Origin: an uncultured cyanobacterium
GTDB taxonomy: Bacteria; Cyanobacteriota; Cyanobacteriia; Cyanobacteriales; Cyanobacteriaceae
DNA length: 64,000 bases
Assembly (NCBI GenBank): GCA_963710605.1
Contig: CAVQBA010000002.1
Span: 96,001-160,000, forward strand
Direction of reading: 5' to 3'
Shown: positions 53,392 to 63,878 of the stretch, one piece after another
Position numbering within the stretch: position 1 is the stretch's first letter
Layout: every line of letters starts with the position of its first letter
The notes under the pieces: generated by a model
The model's database searches: none
Told to the model about the DNA's origin: nothing
What the model saw: the letters and a program-made list of their open reading frames with translations, nothing else
Translations under genes and position numbers: made by a program

Positions 53392-54180
53392 ATGCAACAA
53401 AGCGGATTACAAACAAAAGACAAATTGCAAAATTCCCTACTAGAATTAGGAGACTCTCTTAGTATAGCTTGGTCAGAATTTAGTAAAAACATTAAAAATT
53501 TTTTGATTCTTGTTTTAGTGATTAATTTACCAATGGCATTAATCAACTTATACCTTTCTACTTCAATTCAAACTGATAGTGATGGGGCGTTTACCTTCGT
53601 CGGAAATAAAGGGTTATTTGTGATAGGCTGGTTGATATATGCTGTTTTGGCAACATTAACTTCATTAGCTAGTCATAAGATTATAGAACGATCGATATTA
53701 AACCAACACATAGAAGTAACTACAATACTTAAAAACTCTCTACCACAAATTTTAATCACTTTCGTTGTCGGTATAATTTTATTTTTTTTAATTGGATTAG
53801 GTTATATTTTTCTAATTATTCCTGGTATTTGGTTAATGGTTAGATATAGTTTTACCGCTCAAGCCATTGCTTTACGTAATTGTGGTTTAAATTCTTTAGG
53901 TTATAGTAGCTCGATTGTTAAAGGGCGATGGTGGAGTTTATTCTGGAGATATATATTGTTAGGTTTTTGTGCTTTGCTAATTTTCATTCCAGTATTGATT
54001 GTTATGGGCATTATTGGTGGTTTAGCTAGTTTAATCAATCTTGGTGTTGTTGCACAAATATTATCTGCTTTGATTAGTAGTTTAATTGGTTATTATTTTT
54101 TAGCTGTAAATACAGTTATTTTTCTTAATTTTGACTATACTCATAAAAACAATTTACCAGAATCTTCTTCCACTTCTTAA
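53392..54180 (+). CDS. Integral membrane protein
   Basis: Multiple TM helices; LIIPGIWL.VRYSF and S..IVKGRWW. Confidence 0.75.
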   Translation: MQQSGLQTKDKLQNSLLELGDSLSIAWSEFSKNIKNFLILVLVINLPMALINLYLSTSIQTDSDGAFTFVGNKGLFVIGWLIYAVLATLTSLASHKIIERSILNQHIEVTTILKNSLPQILITFVVGIILFFLIGLGYIFLIIPGIWLMVRYSFTAQAIALRNCGLNSLGYSSSIVKGRWWSLFWRYILLGFCALLIFIPVLIVMGIIGGLASLINLGVVAQILSALISSLIGYYFLAVNTVIFLNFDYTHKNNLPESSSTS

Positions 54181-54208
54181 ATTTTAGCGACACAATTATC
54201 CATGACTA

Positions 54209-56497
54209 ATGAGTAATTCTGATTCATCTGATAACGTAAATTTCGATCGTTTTTCCCAACAATTACAAACGATTACTAATCTGCCTGAATGCGATTATTT
54301 AGCCCAACTATTGTGGAATAGAGGAATTAAAAATACTCAACAATTAACATCTTTATTCGCTACTGGGCAACATCAACCTACTTCTTATTTAGAATTTGGT
54401 AACGAAATTGAGCAAGCTATTACTAGAATCAATCAAGCTCAAATTAACGCCGAAAAAGTTGCCGTTTGGGGAGATTGGCAAGTAGATAGTGTTATTTCGG
54501 CTTGTATTTTAAGTGAAGGTTTACAAGATTTTTTCCCTTTTAAAGATAACTTACAATTTTATTTTCTAGAGCGTGATTTATCTTGCTGGGGTTTAAACTG
54601 TGAAGGGATAGATAATTTAGCCAGACAAGATGTTAGTTTAATCATCACTGTTGGTATCGGGAGTCAGAATCTTCAGGAGATAGAATACGCTCGTAGTTTG
54701 GGTATTGATTTAATCATAATCGATCGTACTCCTATTATTAACCCAGATTTATCCGTCGTTGCTTTACTTAATCCCTACTTATTACCTGATACTCATCCTT
54801 TTTATCATGTTAGCGAAATAACGATCGTTTACAAATTACTTGAAGGTTTAGCCACAATCTCACCTAGTTTTTTCCCTCAACCTGTTAATAATCTTTTAGA
54901 TTTAGTCGCTTTGAGTTTACTGGCTACCGCCACCGAAAATTATTTATCCGCTGATGAGCGTTATTTAATTAATCAAGGGTTTATGCTCATAAAACAAGCA
55001 AAACGCCACAGTATTAATAGTTTAGCTCAACTTGGTTTTTCGATCGGCGATCGAGCTTTAGATCAAAATGACGGATTAGGACGTAAAATACAATTAATTA
55101 GTAGTATCTCTACAGACATCAACTTTATTGTTAATCTACTAACTAACTCCGAACAAAAAGAACAATCTAAACTAACTAATCAAGCCGAACAAATTTATCT
55201 TAACTGTTTAGATTTATACCAAAAAATGGTTGACGAAGCCAGAAAAATAATTAGTAATATAGATTTATCTAATACACAGATAATTGTTTTAACTAATACT
55301 CAATGGCAGATTGGTATCTTAGATTTGTTAGCTAAAATTATTTTCACTGAATATAACAAACCTATTTTATTTCTTTTACCTAAAAATAACTATACATTAC
55401 TATCTATTTATGGCTTAAATAGTATTTATTTATCCAACTTAGTTGAAGATTATAATCATTTAATAATAAACTTTGCCTTTATAAATAATCACCTGAAATG
55501 CGAATTATTAACAGAAAATATTGATTTATTTATTGAAATAATTACTCAAAAAGTAAACCATTTATCTAATAATATTAATAAGTTAAACAACTCTCATCAA
55601 ATAGACTTATTCGTTACGATAAATCAACTCGATCAAACTTTATATCAGCAATTAAAAATACTAGAGCCTTATAGTAAAAATAATCCTCCTTATCAACTAT
55701 TGATTCAAAACTGTTACTTAACTAATATTTTTCAACTAAACTTAAAAAGTACCCGTCAAAATAAACAAACTCGTTACAAAAAAACTTATTTTCAAGTATA
55801 TGATGATAGTGGTAAATATTCTTTTGATGGTGTCTGGCATACCCATTACGCCTTTGAACTTAACCAAAACGATCGTTTTGATTTGATAGGCGAAATTGCA
55901 TATAATACTTACAAAGAGTCTTATTATTTTCGAGTAATTAATTGTTATCTTCATCAGCAAAATAATTATTTTTTTAGTAACTCAAAAGAAACTATTCCTA
56001 TCTTAGATTATCGTTTTCAAACTCAGGAAAATATAGATAATATTTCTGCTTCTCAAATTATAAATAAATGCCCTCATCAATGGCAAGAAATTAATCAACC
56101 TTATCAGACTGCTAAAAAACAAAATCAACAACTTATTTTATCCTATTCACAAAATAAAACCGAAAATATTGAAAAAATATGGTTAGAATTTATCGGCTAT
56201 TTAAAATACTTATTATTAAATGATAAGTCAATTATGTTGTCAAAATTTAGTGAAAAGTTGAGTGTTAGTCAGCAATCTTTATTAAAGATATTATCTCTTC
56301 TTTCTTTATTATCAATTAATTATAGTATTCAAAAAAACAAACTAAAATTAAAACAACAAAAAGCTCATTTTTCAGCAGAAAATTATCATCTTGCTCATCA
56401 AAAATTTATTGAAATTATTAAGCAAGAAAACTTAGCAAAAAAATACTTTCATCAAATTCCGATCAAAATAATAGTTGATAATATTAATAACGATTAA
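54209..56497 (+). CDS. RecJ-like protein with degenerate catalytic motifs
   Basis: AQLLWNRG, WGDWQVD, LDLVAL and LEPYS..NP follow the RecJ layout; DHH replaced by DRT. Confidence 0.75.
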   Translation: MSNSDSSDNVNFDRFSQQLQTITNLPECDYLAQLLWNRGIKNTQQLTSLFATGQHQPTSYLEFGNEIEQAITRINQAQINAEKVAVWGDWQVDSVISACILSEGLQDFFPFKDNLQFYFLERDLSCWGLNCEGIDNLARQDVSLIITVGIGSQNLQEIEYARSLGIDLIIIDRTPIINPDLSVVALLNPYLLPDTHPFYHVSEITIVYKLLEGLATISPSFFPQPVNNLLDLVALSLLATATENYLSADERYLINQGFMLIKQAKRHSINSLAQLGFSIGDRALDQNDGLGRKIQLISSISTDINFIVNLLTNSEQKEQSKLTNQAEQIYLNCLDLYQKMVDEARKIISNIDLSNTQIIVLTNTQWQIGILDLLAKIIFTEYNKPILFLLPKNNYTLLSIYGLNSIYLSNLVEDYNHLIINFAFINNHLKCELLTENIDLFIEIITQKVNHLSNNINKLNNSHQIDLFVTINQLDQTLYQQLKILEPYSKNNPPYQLLIQNCYLTNIFQLNLKSTRQNKQTRYKKTYFQVYDDSGKYSFDGVWHTHYAFELNQNDRFDLIGEIAYNTYKESYYFRVINCYLHQQNNYFFSNSKETIPILDYRFQTQENIDNISASQIINKCPHQWQEINQPYQTAKKQNQQLILSYSQNKTENIEKIWLEFIGYLKYLLLNDKSIMLSKFSEKLSVSQQSLLKILSLLSLLSINYSIQKNKLKLKQQKAHFSAENYHLAHQKFIEIIKQENLAKKYFHQIPIKIIVDNINND

Positions 56498-56634
56498 AAT
56501 AATTTAAACTAAATACGATAAATTTATAGTCACCATCAAAACTATAAAAATAAGCTAAATCAAATATCGACACATCTTCAAACAGCTATAAGTAACCAAA
56601 CAAACTTAATATTTATTACAAATGCAAAGTGCAA

Positions 56635-56653
56635 AGGCTAAAGCCATTACTAC
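56635..56653 (-). repeat. Short GTAG-footed palindrome GTAGTAATGGCTTTAGCC
   Basis: Near-identical GTAGTAAGGGCTTTAGCCC at 62431; both lie between convergent genes. Confidence 0.55.
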
Positions 56654-56668
56654 AGACTTTATTGGTTA

Positions 56669-57032
56669 TTATGATAATGCAAAAAGAGTTTTGACTTGTT
56701 TTTTGGTTTTAATTTCTAACTGTTGCCAGTTTACTTCTCCATCATCGTCGATTAGTAACTTATCGATTGTGACAGTTTTTTGAGGATTAAAATTATGAAA
56801 ACAAATTTCAAAACAAAGTTGCCAAATATTTTTTTGTACTTGATAATCACCCTTAGTCAAATAAACCATATAACTAGGAAAAGAGGCTTCTAACTCTTCG
56901 TACTTAACTAGCCCAACCTGAAGATTCTGATTCTTTACGAATATTATCTATAACTCGAATAAAAATAGGTTGCATTAATAATTGAGCTTGATTATATTCT
57001 GACTTATTTTTGAATTTTGGTTCGATTATCAC
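56669..57032 (-). pseudogene. Conserved cyanobacterial hypothetical protein, frameshifted near 56905
   Basis: QAQLLMQPIFIRVIDNIRK upstream joins NIWQLCFEICF...LIDDDGEVNWQQLE in the track ORF. Confidence 0.65.
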
Positions 57033-57128
57033 TTAACAAAAATCGTTAACTTTGTTTTTGATACTATAACAAAAGGTAAACTAAGAAGTAAGAGGAAAAA
57101 AGATTAATTGTTAACTAAAGAAAAAGCT

Positions 57129-57494
57129 TTACACTTCATCTGGATGATATTTTTCTTGTTCGATCGCACTATAATAATCAATTAAATTATCTAAATTTTC
57201 TATTGAATCAGATTCAATAATTTTACCGCCAATTTGGTCAAACTCTTGACTACTAGAAAAACGCCAAGCTTGTTTAATTTTAATCAGTAAATCGGGATTC
57301 ATCTCTCTATCTTCTTTTGCTTGACTTAAAACAACTTCAAATTCTGATTGCTGAGGAAAGTTTTTATCAACGACGAATTTAATTCCATCATGACTTAAAT
57401 CAAGAGTAAACCCTAAAAATTTTCCTTGTAAATCTAGCACCCGACAAACTGCTAAAACACGACGAGAATTTCTTTGGTCATTACTTTGAGTCAT
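57129..57494 (-). CDS. PilZ domain protein
   Basis: QRNSRR (RxxxR) and DLSHDG (DxSxxG). Confidence 0.8.
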   Translation of the reverse strand: MTQSNDQRNSRRVLAVCRVLDLQGKFLGFTLDLSHDGIKFVVDKNFPQQSEFEVVLSQAKEDREMNPDLLIKIKQAWRFSSSQEFDQIGGKIIESDSIENLDNLIDYYSAIEQEKYHPDEV

Positions 57495-57596
57495 CCTTTT
57501 AGTTAAAAAATATTAGTTTATATTCGTATTCTTACTACTTCCTAATATAACAGGACAAAAACCAATTAGTTATCTCTCTTATTATTTATTATTCTT

Positions 57597-58508
57597 TTAT
57601 AAAGACGAATTAAAAGAGTAAAACAATGGTAAAAATAAAGTCACAAAATAATAAACAACAGGTGCGGTAAAAACGTAACTATCTGTTCTATCTAGAATAC
57701 CACCATGACCAGGAATTAATTGACCCGAATCTTTTACTCCGGCATCTCTTTTCATCATCGATTCCATCAAATCACCTAACAAGCTAACCACTCCCACTAA
57801 CAAACCTAAGAGTAAACCATTTAAAATCCAGAAATCCCAGTTTAATAACCATGCACCAAATACACCAACCATCATACTACCGCTAATTCCAAATAAAGAA
57901 CCTTCAACAGTTTTTTTCGGGCTAATATCAGATAATTTAGTTTTACCAAAATTCTTACCAATCAAATAAGCACCAATATCCGCCGCCCAAATACAAGCCA
58001 TCGCAATAAAAGTGATTTTTAAAGCATCAGGAAAGTTCTGAAAATCGAGTATGTTTTGAGGGAAATAACCATCTAAAGGTAAGTTATGAATGTTGGGTAT
58101 AGTTTGAGCATAAGCCGGGTTTTGATCTAAGCTTACTCTTAAACGAATCCAATAACTAGGTAAATAACCAACATAAAACAATCCTAATATCGAACTAGAA
58201 ACATCAGCAATAGTAGCGAGTTTTGGTTGAAAGAGAAGATAAAAACAAATTAACGCACCAGCTAAAGCAAAAGTGGCATCGGTTAAAGTCGGAATATAAG
58301 TTGCGGTAACCAATAATAGTTGCGAAACGACTAAAGTTGTCTTCGCCGCGGGCTCAATTCCTTTGGCTTTTACTAAGCGAAAATATTCTAATTGTGCTAA
58401 AAAGACAATCACTCCAAAGCATACTGTAAAATATAGTCCACCTAAAATAATCATCAGTACAGCTAATATAATGGCAACTATGGTGCTGAAAGTTCTGGGA
58501 TAGGACAT
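57597..58508 (-). CDS. cdsA: Phosphatidate cytidylyltransferase
   Basis: ISPKKTVEG and GDLMESMMKRDAGVKDSG.LIPGHGGILDRTDS. Confidence 0.95.
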   Translation of the reverse strand: MSYPRTFSTIVAIILAVLMIILGGLYFTVCFGVIVFLAQLEYFRLVKAKGIEPAAKTTLVVSQLLLVTATYIPTLTDATFALAGALICFYLLFQPKLATIADVSSSILGLFYVGYLPSYWIRLRVSLDQNPAYAQTIPNIHNLPLDGYFPQNILDFQNFPDALKITFIAMACIWAADIGAYLIGKNFGKTKLSDISPKKTVEGSLFGISGSMMVGVFGAWLLNWDFWILNGLLLGLLVGVVSLLGDLMESMMKRDAGVKDSGQLIPGHGGILDRTDSYVFTAPVVYYFVTLFLPLFYSFNSSL

Positions 58509-58623
58509 TTTTATTTACTTATTTTACAATTGGCAATGTATTGAGCAATAGCATACCATTTTAACTTAAAATTCTCTACAGATAGTAAAACTAATCGAAA
58601 GAATAATCATAAACGATCGTCAA

Positions 58624-60447
58624 ATGGATAATAGCTTTGAGCAAATATCTCTACTAATGCGTCAAAGTACCCTTGGCAAATTACTTCCAAATAATCTTTA
58701 CGTTCATATTTCAGCTTTGGAATATTTAGATTCATCAATTCAAGAATATGAAAAAAAATCGAGAAATATTCTTAACAATCATCTAGATTTTACTTTAATT
58801 AAATTTAATTTTACTAAAGCTAAAATATCATATCTTACTTATCCTGATTTTGATGATTCTCCTCATCCTATTTTAACTAAAAGTACGATCGTTGATTTAG
58901 AAACCCAAACTACTAAAACGATCGATTATAGTAAATCACAAAACCCACCAATTCTTCATCGTAAAGAAACTTTTGTAACAAATGACTATTCTCACTACGA
59001 AAAATTTGCTCATTTAACAACTGTTGAAGAAAAATTAGGTTTACTAGATAATCCTCGTTATATCGGTACTCTCAAACAATGGCAAAAACTAATTGATGAT
59101 CATTCTCTTTATTTTCTTGATCATTATTTAGTTTGTAATTTGGCAGATAATCCACAAGAATTTGTCAACATTGAACGTCATCGTGCCGCTATGTTTAGAA
59201 ATAGACTTTCTCGCCCTGTTAAATTAGTGCTAGAAGCAGGTTTATTTGAGCCACAAATGAGCTTTTTTGATTATGGCTGTGGTCGTGGCTTAGATGTAGA
59301 AATTGTTGCTCTTAAAGGTCATAAAAGTAGTGGTTGGGACCCTTATTATGCTCCTTATAATGTATTAGAAAAAGCAGATCTGGTTAATTTAGGTTATATT
59401 ATTAATGTTATTGAAAATGTTGCTCAAAGAAGAGAAGCTTTGATACAAGCATGGTCATTAACTCTTGACATTTTGATTGTTTCAGCTCAAGTTTTAATCG
59501 ACGATCGACAAAGAGGTTATTTAGCTTACGCTGATGGTATTATCACCGAAAGAAATACATTTCAAAAATACTATCAACAAGAAGAATTAAAAATTTATAT
59601 CGAACAAGTTTTAAACTCTGAAGCGATTCCCATTGCCTTAGGAGTTTTTTTAGTCTTTAGAAACCCTGATAAAGCGAATAATTTTCGAGTATCACGTTTT
59701 CATTCTAATTTACAATCACCTCGCATTTTAAAACCAGTTAAAAAGTTTGCTGATTATGAGCAAATACTAACTCCTTTAATGGATTTTTATAGTAAAAGGG
59801 GTAGATTACCTCTTAAAGGAGAATTGGCTGTCGAAGACGAAATTAAAGCCGAATTTAGAGGTTTTAAACAAGCATTCAAAACTATATTACAAGTAACCGA
59901 AGAAGCACAATGGGAAGAAATTGCCGATTGTCGTCGTCAGGATATATTATTATATTTAGCACTCGGTCGTTTTGAGCAAAGACCAAGTTTTAGGCAACTA
60001 CCTTCATTAGTGAAAAATGATATCAAAAGATTATTTGGTAGTTATCAAGCCGCTTGTTTTCTAGCTGATGAAATGTTAATTTCGATTGGAAATCTAGACA
60101 TTATTCGGCAAATTTGTCAAGAGTTAAAAATAGGTAAAGCTTTTGAAAAAAGTTTTTTAATTCATATTGAGATGTTAAATTCTTTACCAACTTTGTTACG
60201 TTTATATGAAGGTTGTGCTAGTCGTACGATCGGTAGAATGGAGTCAGCAAATTTAGTTCGTTTCCATTTTACTGCCCCGAAAATTAGTTATCTTTGTGTA
60301 CCCGATTTTGAAACAGAAAAAAAACCCAAAGTTGATTCTATCATGACGATCGCTTTACAAGACTTAAGAGTACAATATCGAGATTTTGCGACAGAAGACA
60401 ATGCACCAATTATTAACGATAAAAAAGCCTTAAAAGTTAAAAGTTAA
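58624..60447 (+). CDS. DNA phosphorothioation-associated putative methyltransferase family protein
   Basis: YPDFD..PHP, NPPILHRKETF, IERHRAA, FFDYGCGRG.D, GWDPY, VNLGYIINVIE and TFQKYYQQ.EL. Confidence 0.8.
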   Translation: MDNSFEQISLLMRQSTLGKLLPNNLYVHISALEYLDSSIQEYEKKSRNILNNHLDFTLIKFNFTKAKISYLTYPDFDDSPHPILTKSTIVDLETQTTKTIDYSKSQNPPILHRKETFVTNDYSHYEKFAHLTTVEEKLGLLDNPRYIGTLKQWQKLIDDHSLYFLDHYLVCNLADNPQEFVNIERHRAAMFRNRLSRPVKLVLEAGLFEPQMSFFDYGCGRGLDVEIVALKGHKSSGWDPYYAPYNVLEKADLVNLGYIINVIENVAQRREALIQAWSLTLDILIVSAQVLIDDRQRGYLAYADGIITERNTFQKYYQQEELKIYIEQVLNSEAIPIALGVFLVFRNPDKANNFRVSRFHSNLQSPRILKPVKKFADYEQILTPLMDFYSKRGRLPLKGELAVEDEIKAEFRGFKQAFKTILQVTEEAQWEEIADCRRQDILLYLALGRFEQRPSFRQLPSLVKNDIKRLFGSYQAACFLADEMLISIGNLDIIRQICQELKIGKAFEKSFLIHIEMLNSLPTLLRLYEGCASRTIGRMESANLVRFHFTAPKISYLCVPDFETEKKPKVDSIMTIALQDLRVQYRDFATEDNAPIINDKKALKVKS

Positions 60448-60544
60448 AAGTTAAAAGTTATTAATAGCTCTAAGTTAAAAGTGTTGATAGTTGAAAGTTA
60501 AAAATTAACTACCTATTCCCTATTCCCTATTCCCTATTCCCTAA

Positions 60545-61048
60545 CTATTCTGTACTATTTTTCTTAGCACGACGAATTAATTCTTGAGGGCTTAAATCAG
60601 CGACAAAACTCTTAAATGCGTCCATTTCTTCTTGATCAGCTTCTTGATCGACAGGGATAGAAGCATTAATCAAAACTTCTTCCATCACCCAAATCGGACA
60701 ACCTACACGTAAAGCGATTGCGATCGCATCACTAGGGCGAGAATCAATATTTTTTTCCAGATCACCTTGTTTAGTACAAAGAATGGCATAAAAAGTATGA
60801 TCTTCAATAGAATTAATGATTACTTTATCTAATTCTAAATTCCAGACATTAATCAAATTAACCATTAAATCATGAGTTAGAGGGCGAGGCGACTCTTGAT
60901 TTTCTAAAACGTTCATAATCGATTTAGCCTGTTCTTGAGTGACGTAGATAGGCAATGCACGACGTTCGGTTGCGTCTTTTAAGAGTATGATGGGACTGCG
61001 AGATCTAGCATCAAAAGCGATCGCGGCTACTTTCATTTCGATCATCAA
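60545..61048 (-). CDS. Bifunctional nuclease family (DUF151) protein
   Basis: RALPIY, PRPLTHDL and DSRPSDAIAIALR. Confidence 0.9.
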   Translation of the reverse strand: MMIEMKVAAIAFDARSRSPIILLKDATERRALPIYVTQEQAKSIMNVLENQESPRPLTHDLMVNLINVWNLELDKVIINSIEDHTFYAILCTKQGDLEKNIDSRPSDAIAIALRVGCPIWVMEEVLINASIPVDQEADQEEMDAFKSFVADLSPQELIRRAKKNSTE

Positions 61049-61211
61049 TTTATTCCTCTAGAAGAAATTAGCACTTGCATAATAATAATTATAAGGTAAA
61101 TTGACAACAGTTAGACCAATAACTGCCGAGTAAAGCGAACAAGTAGTTATCAAAATACCAAGAAAATATAATCAATAATTACTCAATCAATAATTCAAAT
61201 TTAATTAAGCG

Positions 61212-62369
61212 ATGAAATTAGTACCAGAACAATTTGTGATTACTAATGCACAACTAACCAACTACCAAAAACCGCAAACGATAACTATCGAAAATAAAAT
61301 TATTACATCAATTGAAGAGACTCAAACACAAGATCAAAGCAATCTAGATTTAAATGGTGATTACCTTTCTTTAGGGGGTGTAGATTTACAAATTAATGGT
61401 GGCTTAGGGTTAGCTTTCCCTGATTTAGAATTTACTGATATTGATAAATTGCATGATATCTGTCGATATTTATGGGAAACAGGAGTCGATGGTTTTTTAC
61501 CGACAATTGTGACAACTTCGATCGCTAAAATACAACAATCTTTAGCAGTCATCGATAAATTTCAAGCTCAACCTAAAAAAGAGCATCAAGCTGAAATAAT
61601 TGGTGTACATTTAGAAGGACCATGCTTAAACTATCACAAAAGAGGAGCACATCCTCAAGAATATTTACAACCTTTAACGATCGATACTTTAAAGCAGATT
61701 TTAGGTGATTATTCTCATTTAGTCAAAATTATCACTTTAGCACCCGAATTAGATAAAACAGGTGAAACGATCGCTTATTTACGCTCACTAGGAATTATAG
61801 TTAGTTTAGGGCATTCTCAAGCTACAGATTCTGAAGCCAAAAAAGCATTTAATCAAGGTGCATCAATGGTTACTCATGCGTTTAATGCCATGCCAAGTCT
61901 TCATCATCGCCAACCGGGGTTATTAGGTGAAGCAATTATTAATCCTCACGTTTATTGTGGTTTAATCGCCGATGGCAAACACGTATCACCAACAATGCTA
62001 AAGCTCGTTTTACAAGCTAGTAACTATGAGCAAGGTATCTTCTTAGTTAGTGATGCCTTAGCACCAATCGGTTTAGCTGATGGCGTTTATCCTTGGGATG
62101 AAAGAACAATTGAAGTCAGATTTGGTACAGCAAAATTGCCTGATGGTACTTTATCAGGCACAACTTTACCTTTATTTGTTGGTGCGGAAAACTTATTAAA
62201 ATGGAATCTTTGTACCTTACCACAAGCGATCGCTTTAGTTACAGATGCACCACGTCAAGCGATCGATTTACCAATTTTAACGATCGGAGCGACTGCTAAT
62301 TTAATTCGTTGGCAATGGCATCCGCAAAAGCAAAAATTAGATTGGCAACGATTAATGAGTAATGATTAA
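61212..62369 (+). CDS. nagA: N-acetylglucosamine-6-phosphate deacetylase
   Basis: GVHLEGP..N..KRGAH, TLAPE, LGHS, THAFNAM and IADGKHV. Confidence 0.93.
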   Translation: MKLVPEQFVITNAQLTNYQKPQTITIENKIITSIEETQTQDQSNLDLNGDYLSLGGVDLQINGGLGLAFPDLEFTDIDKLHDICRYLWETGVDGFLPTIVTTSIAKIQQSLAVIDKFQAQPKKEHQAEIIGVHLEGPCLNYHKRGAHPQEYLQPLTIDTLKQILGDYSHLVKIITLAPELDKTGETIAYLRSLGIIVSLGHSQATDSEAKKAFNQGASMVTHAFNAMPSLHHRQPGLLGEAIINPHVYCGLIADGKHVSPTMLKLVLQASNYEQGIFLVSDALAPIGLADGVYPWDERTIEVRFGTAKLPDGTLSGTTLPLFVGAENLLKWNLCTLPQAIALVTDAPRQAIDLPILTIGATANLIRWQWHPQKQKLDWQRLMSND

Positions 62370-62504
62370 GGAGTAAAGAGTAACAAGTTAATTAGATATC
62401 TTCTTGTCTAAAATATTATTCTATTATTTTGTAGTAAGGGCTTTAGCCCTCAATAAGCATAATTATTTCCAGATATCTATTATTAATTGTTAATTGTTAA
62501 TTGT

Positions 62505-63302
62505 TTACTGTTCTTGATAATTCCATAATAAGCCACCATCAACAACAAAAGTTGAACCTGTGATGTAACCTGCATCCTCTGTACTTAAAAAGGCAACTAA
62601 TGAAGAAACATCGTTAGGTTGCCCCAAACGATTAAGGGGAATATTTGCCAGTAAAGCATCTAATTGTTCTTTATTGTTAAGCAAATTTTTATTAATCGGA
62701 GTTTCGATCGCACCGGGGGCAATATTATTAATCGTAATCCCAAATGGACCTAGTTCGACAGCTAAATTACGAGTAAACATTTTCATTCCTCCTTTGCTCA
62801 AACAATAAGGAGTAAAATTAGGAAATGGTAATTCTTCATGTACCGAACTAATATTAATTATTCTACCAGTACGTTTTTTTTCCATTAAATATTGAGTAAA
62901 TTTCTGAGTAGCAAAAAAAGTACCTTTAAGATTGGTATTCATTACCTTGTCGTATTCTTTTTCCGTTACATCCCAAAAAGGGGTATTTATTTCTAATCCG
63001 GCATTATTAACTAAAATATCTAATTTTCCAAATTTGGCAATCGTACTTTCAACTAAAAATGTTGCTCTGTCAACTTGACCTACATCTGCCTGTGTTACGC
63101 TTGTTACAGGTTCGTCATTGTTAGCTGAATTGTTTTTTTGATGCAACTGTTCTATTTGAGTGGCGGTATCGTTTGCTCCTTCTTCGTTGGAATAATAGTT
63201 TACCGCTACTTTTGCACCCTCAGAAGCTAGTTTAATGGCGATCGCTTTACCAATACCTTGACTTGAACCTGTGACTAGTGCAACTTTATCTTTTAGTTTC
63301 AT
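62505..63302 (-). CDS. SDR oxidoreductase, glucose 1-dehydrogenase-like
   Basis: TGSSQGIG, NNAGLE, ISSVHE, YCLSKGG and PGAIETPIN. Confidence 0.88.
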   Translation of the reverse strand: MKLKDKVALVTGSSQGIGKAIAIKLASEGAKVAVNYYSNEEGANDTATQIEQLHQKNNSANNDEPVTSVTQADVGQVDRATFLVESTIAKFGKLDILVNNAGLEINTPFWDVTEKEYDKVMNTNLKGTFFATQKFTQYLMEKKRTGRIINISSVHEELPFPNFTPYCLSKGGMKMFTRNLAVELGPFGITINNIAPGAIETPINKNLLNNKEQLDALLANIPLNRLGQPNDVSSLVAFLSTEDAGYITGSTFVVDGGLLWNYQEQ

Positions 63303-63878
63303 TTTTTAACTAATTGCCTTGATAACAATACTCTTTACATCGTGCGATAAATAATCAAAAAAAGGGACGAGAAAAGGACAATAACTGAAGAATGAATATT
63401 TAATCAATCGTTATATGACTTGACAATCAAAACTTGAATAAAGTTAATTTAGATAATCATTAATTAAATCATTATATTTTTAACTCAAATAACGATCGTT
63501 TTGTCAAAATCAATTTTTTGATAATAATCAATACACGATCTATTTTAATTGTCAAGTAATAATCTACAATAATCAATCATTGATTTTTTTTAATAACAAT
63601 AATAGCTTTTTTAGTTTCTATTAACTAACCGATAACTATCATTATTATTACAACTTACATCCTTTATCTAGTCTCAAATTTGTACTTATTTGTGCTACTT
63701 CAAATCATAACATGATTGACATCCTCTGATAAGCTTGAAGTAGCTATTTCTCACCTTACTCTTTTATTGAGGATTGCACTATCAATTTCCTAACACACAG
63801 GCACTTAAATATATTTACATTGTCATTCAAAGATAATATAGATAAAAAGTTCTGAAGTTTTTCGATAATTTCTTTAAA

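Noticed and set aside
58624-60447. Complete DNA phosphorothioation system
   Set aside because: No dndA-E, dndFGH or ssp genes in the window
11154-60543. Short tandem arrays as possible CRISPR
   Set aside because: 7-bp units with no unique spacers and no cas genes; these are ordinary cyanobacterial STRRs
42817-61552. Shadow ORFs at 42817, 51507, 52887, 55742 and 61361
   Set aside because: Each lies inside a well-supported gene and has no motif
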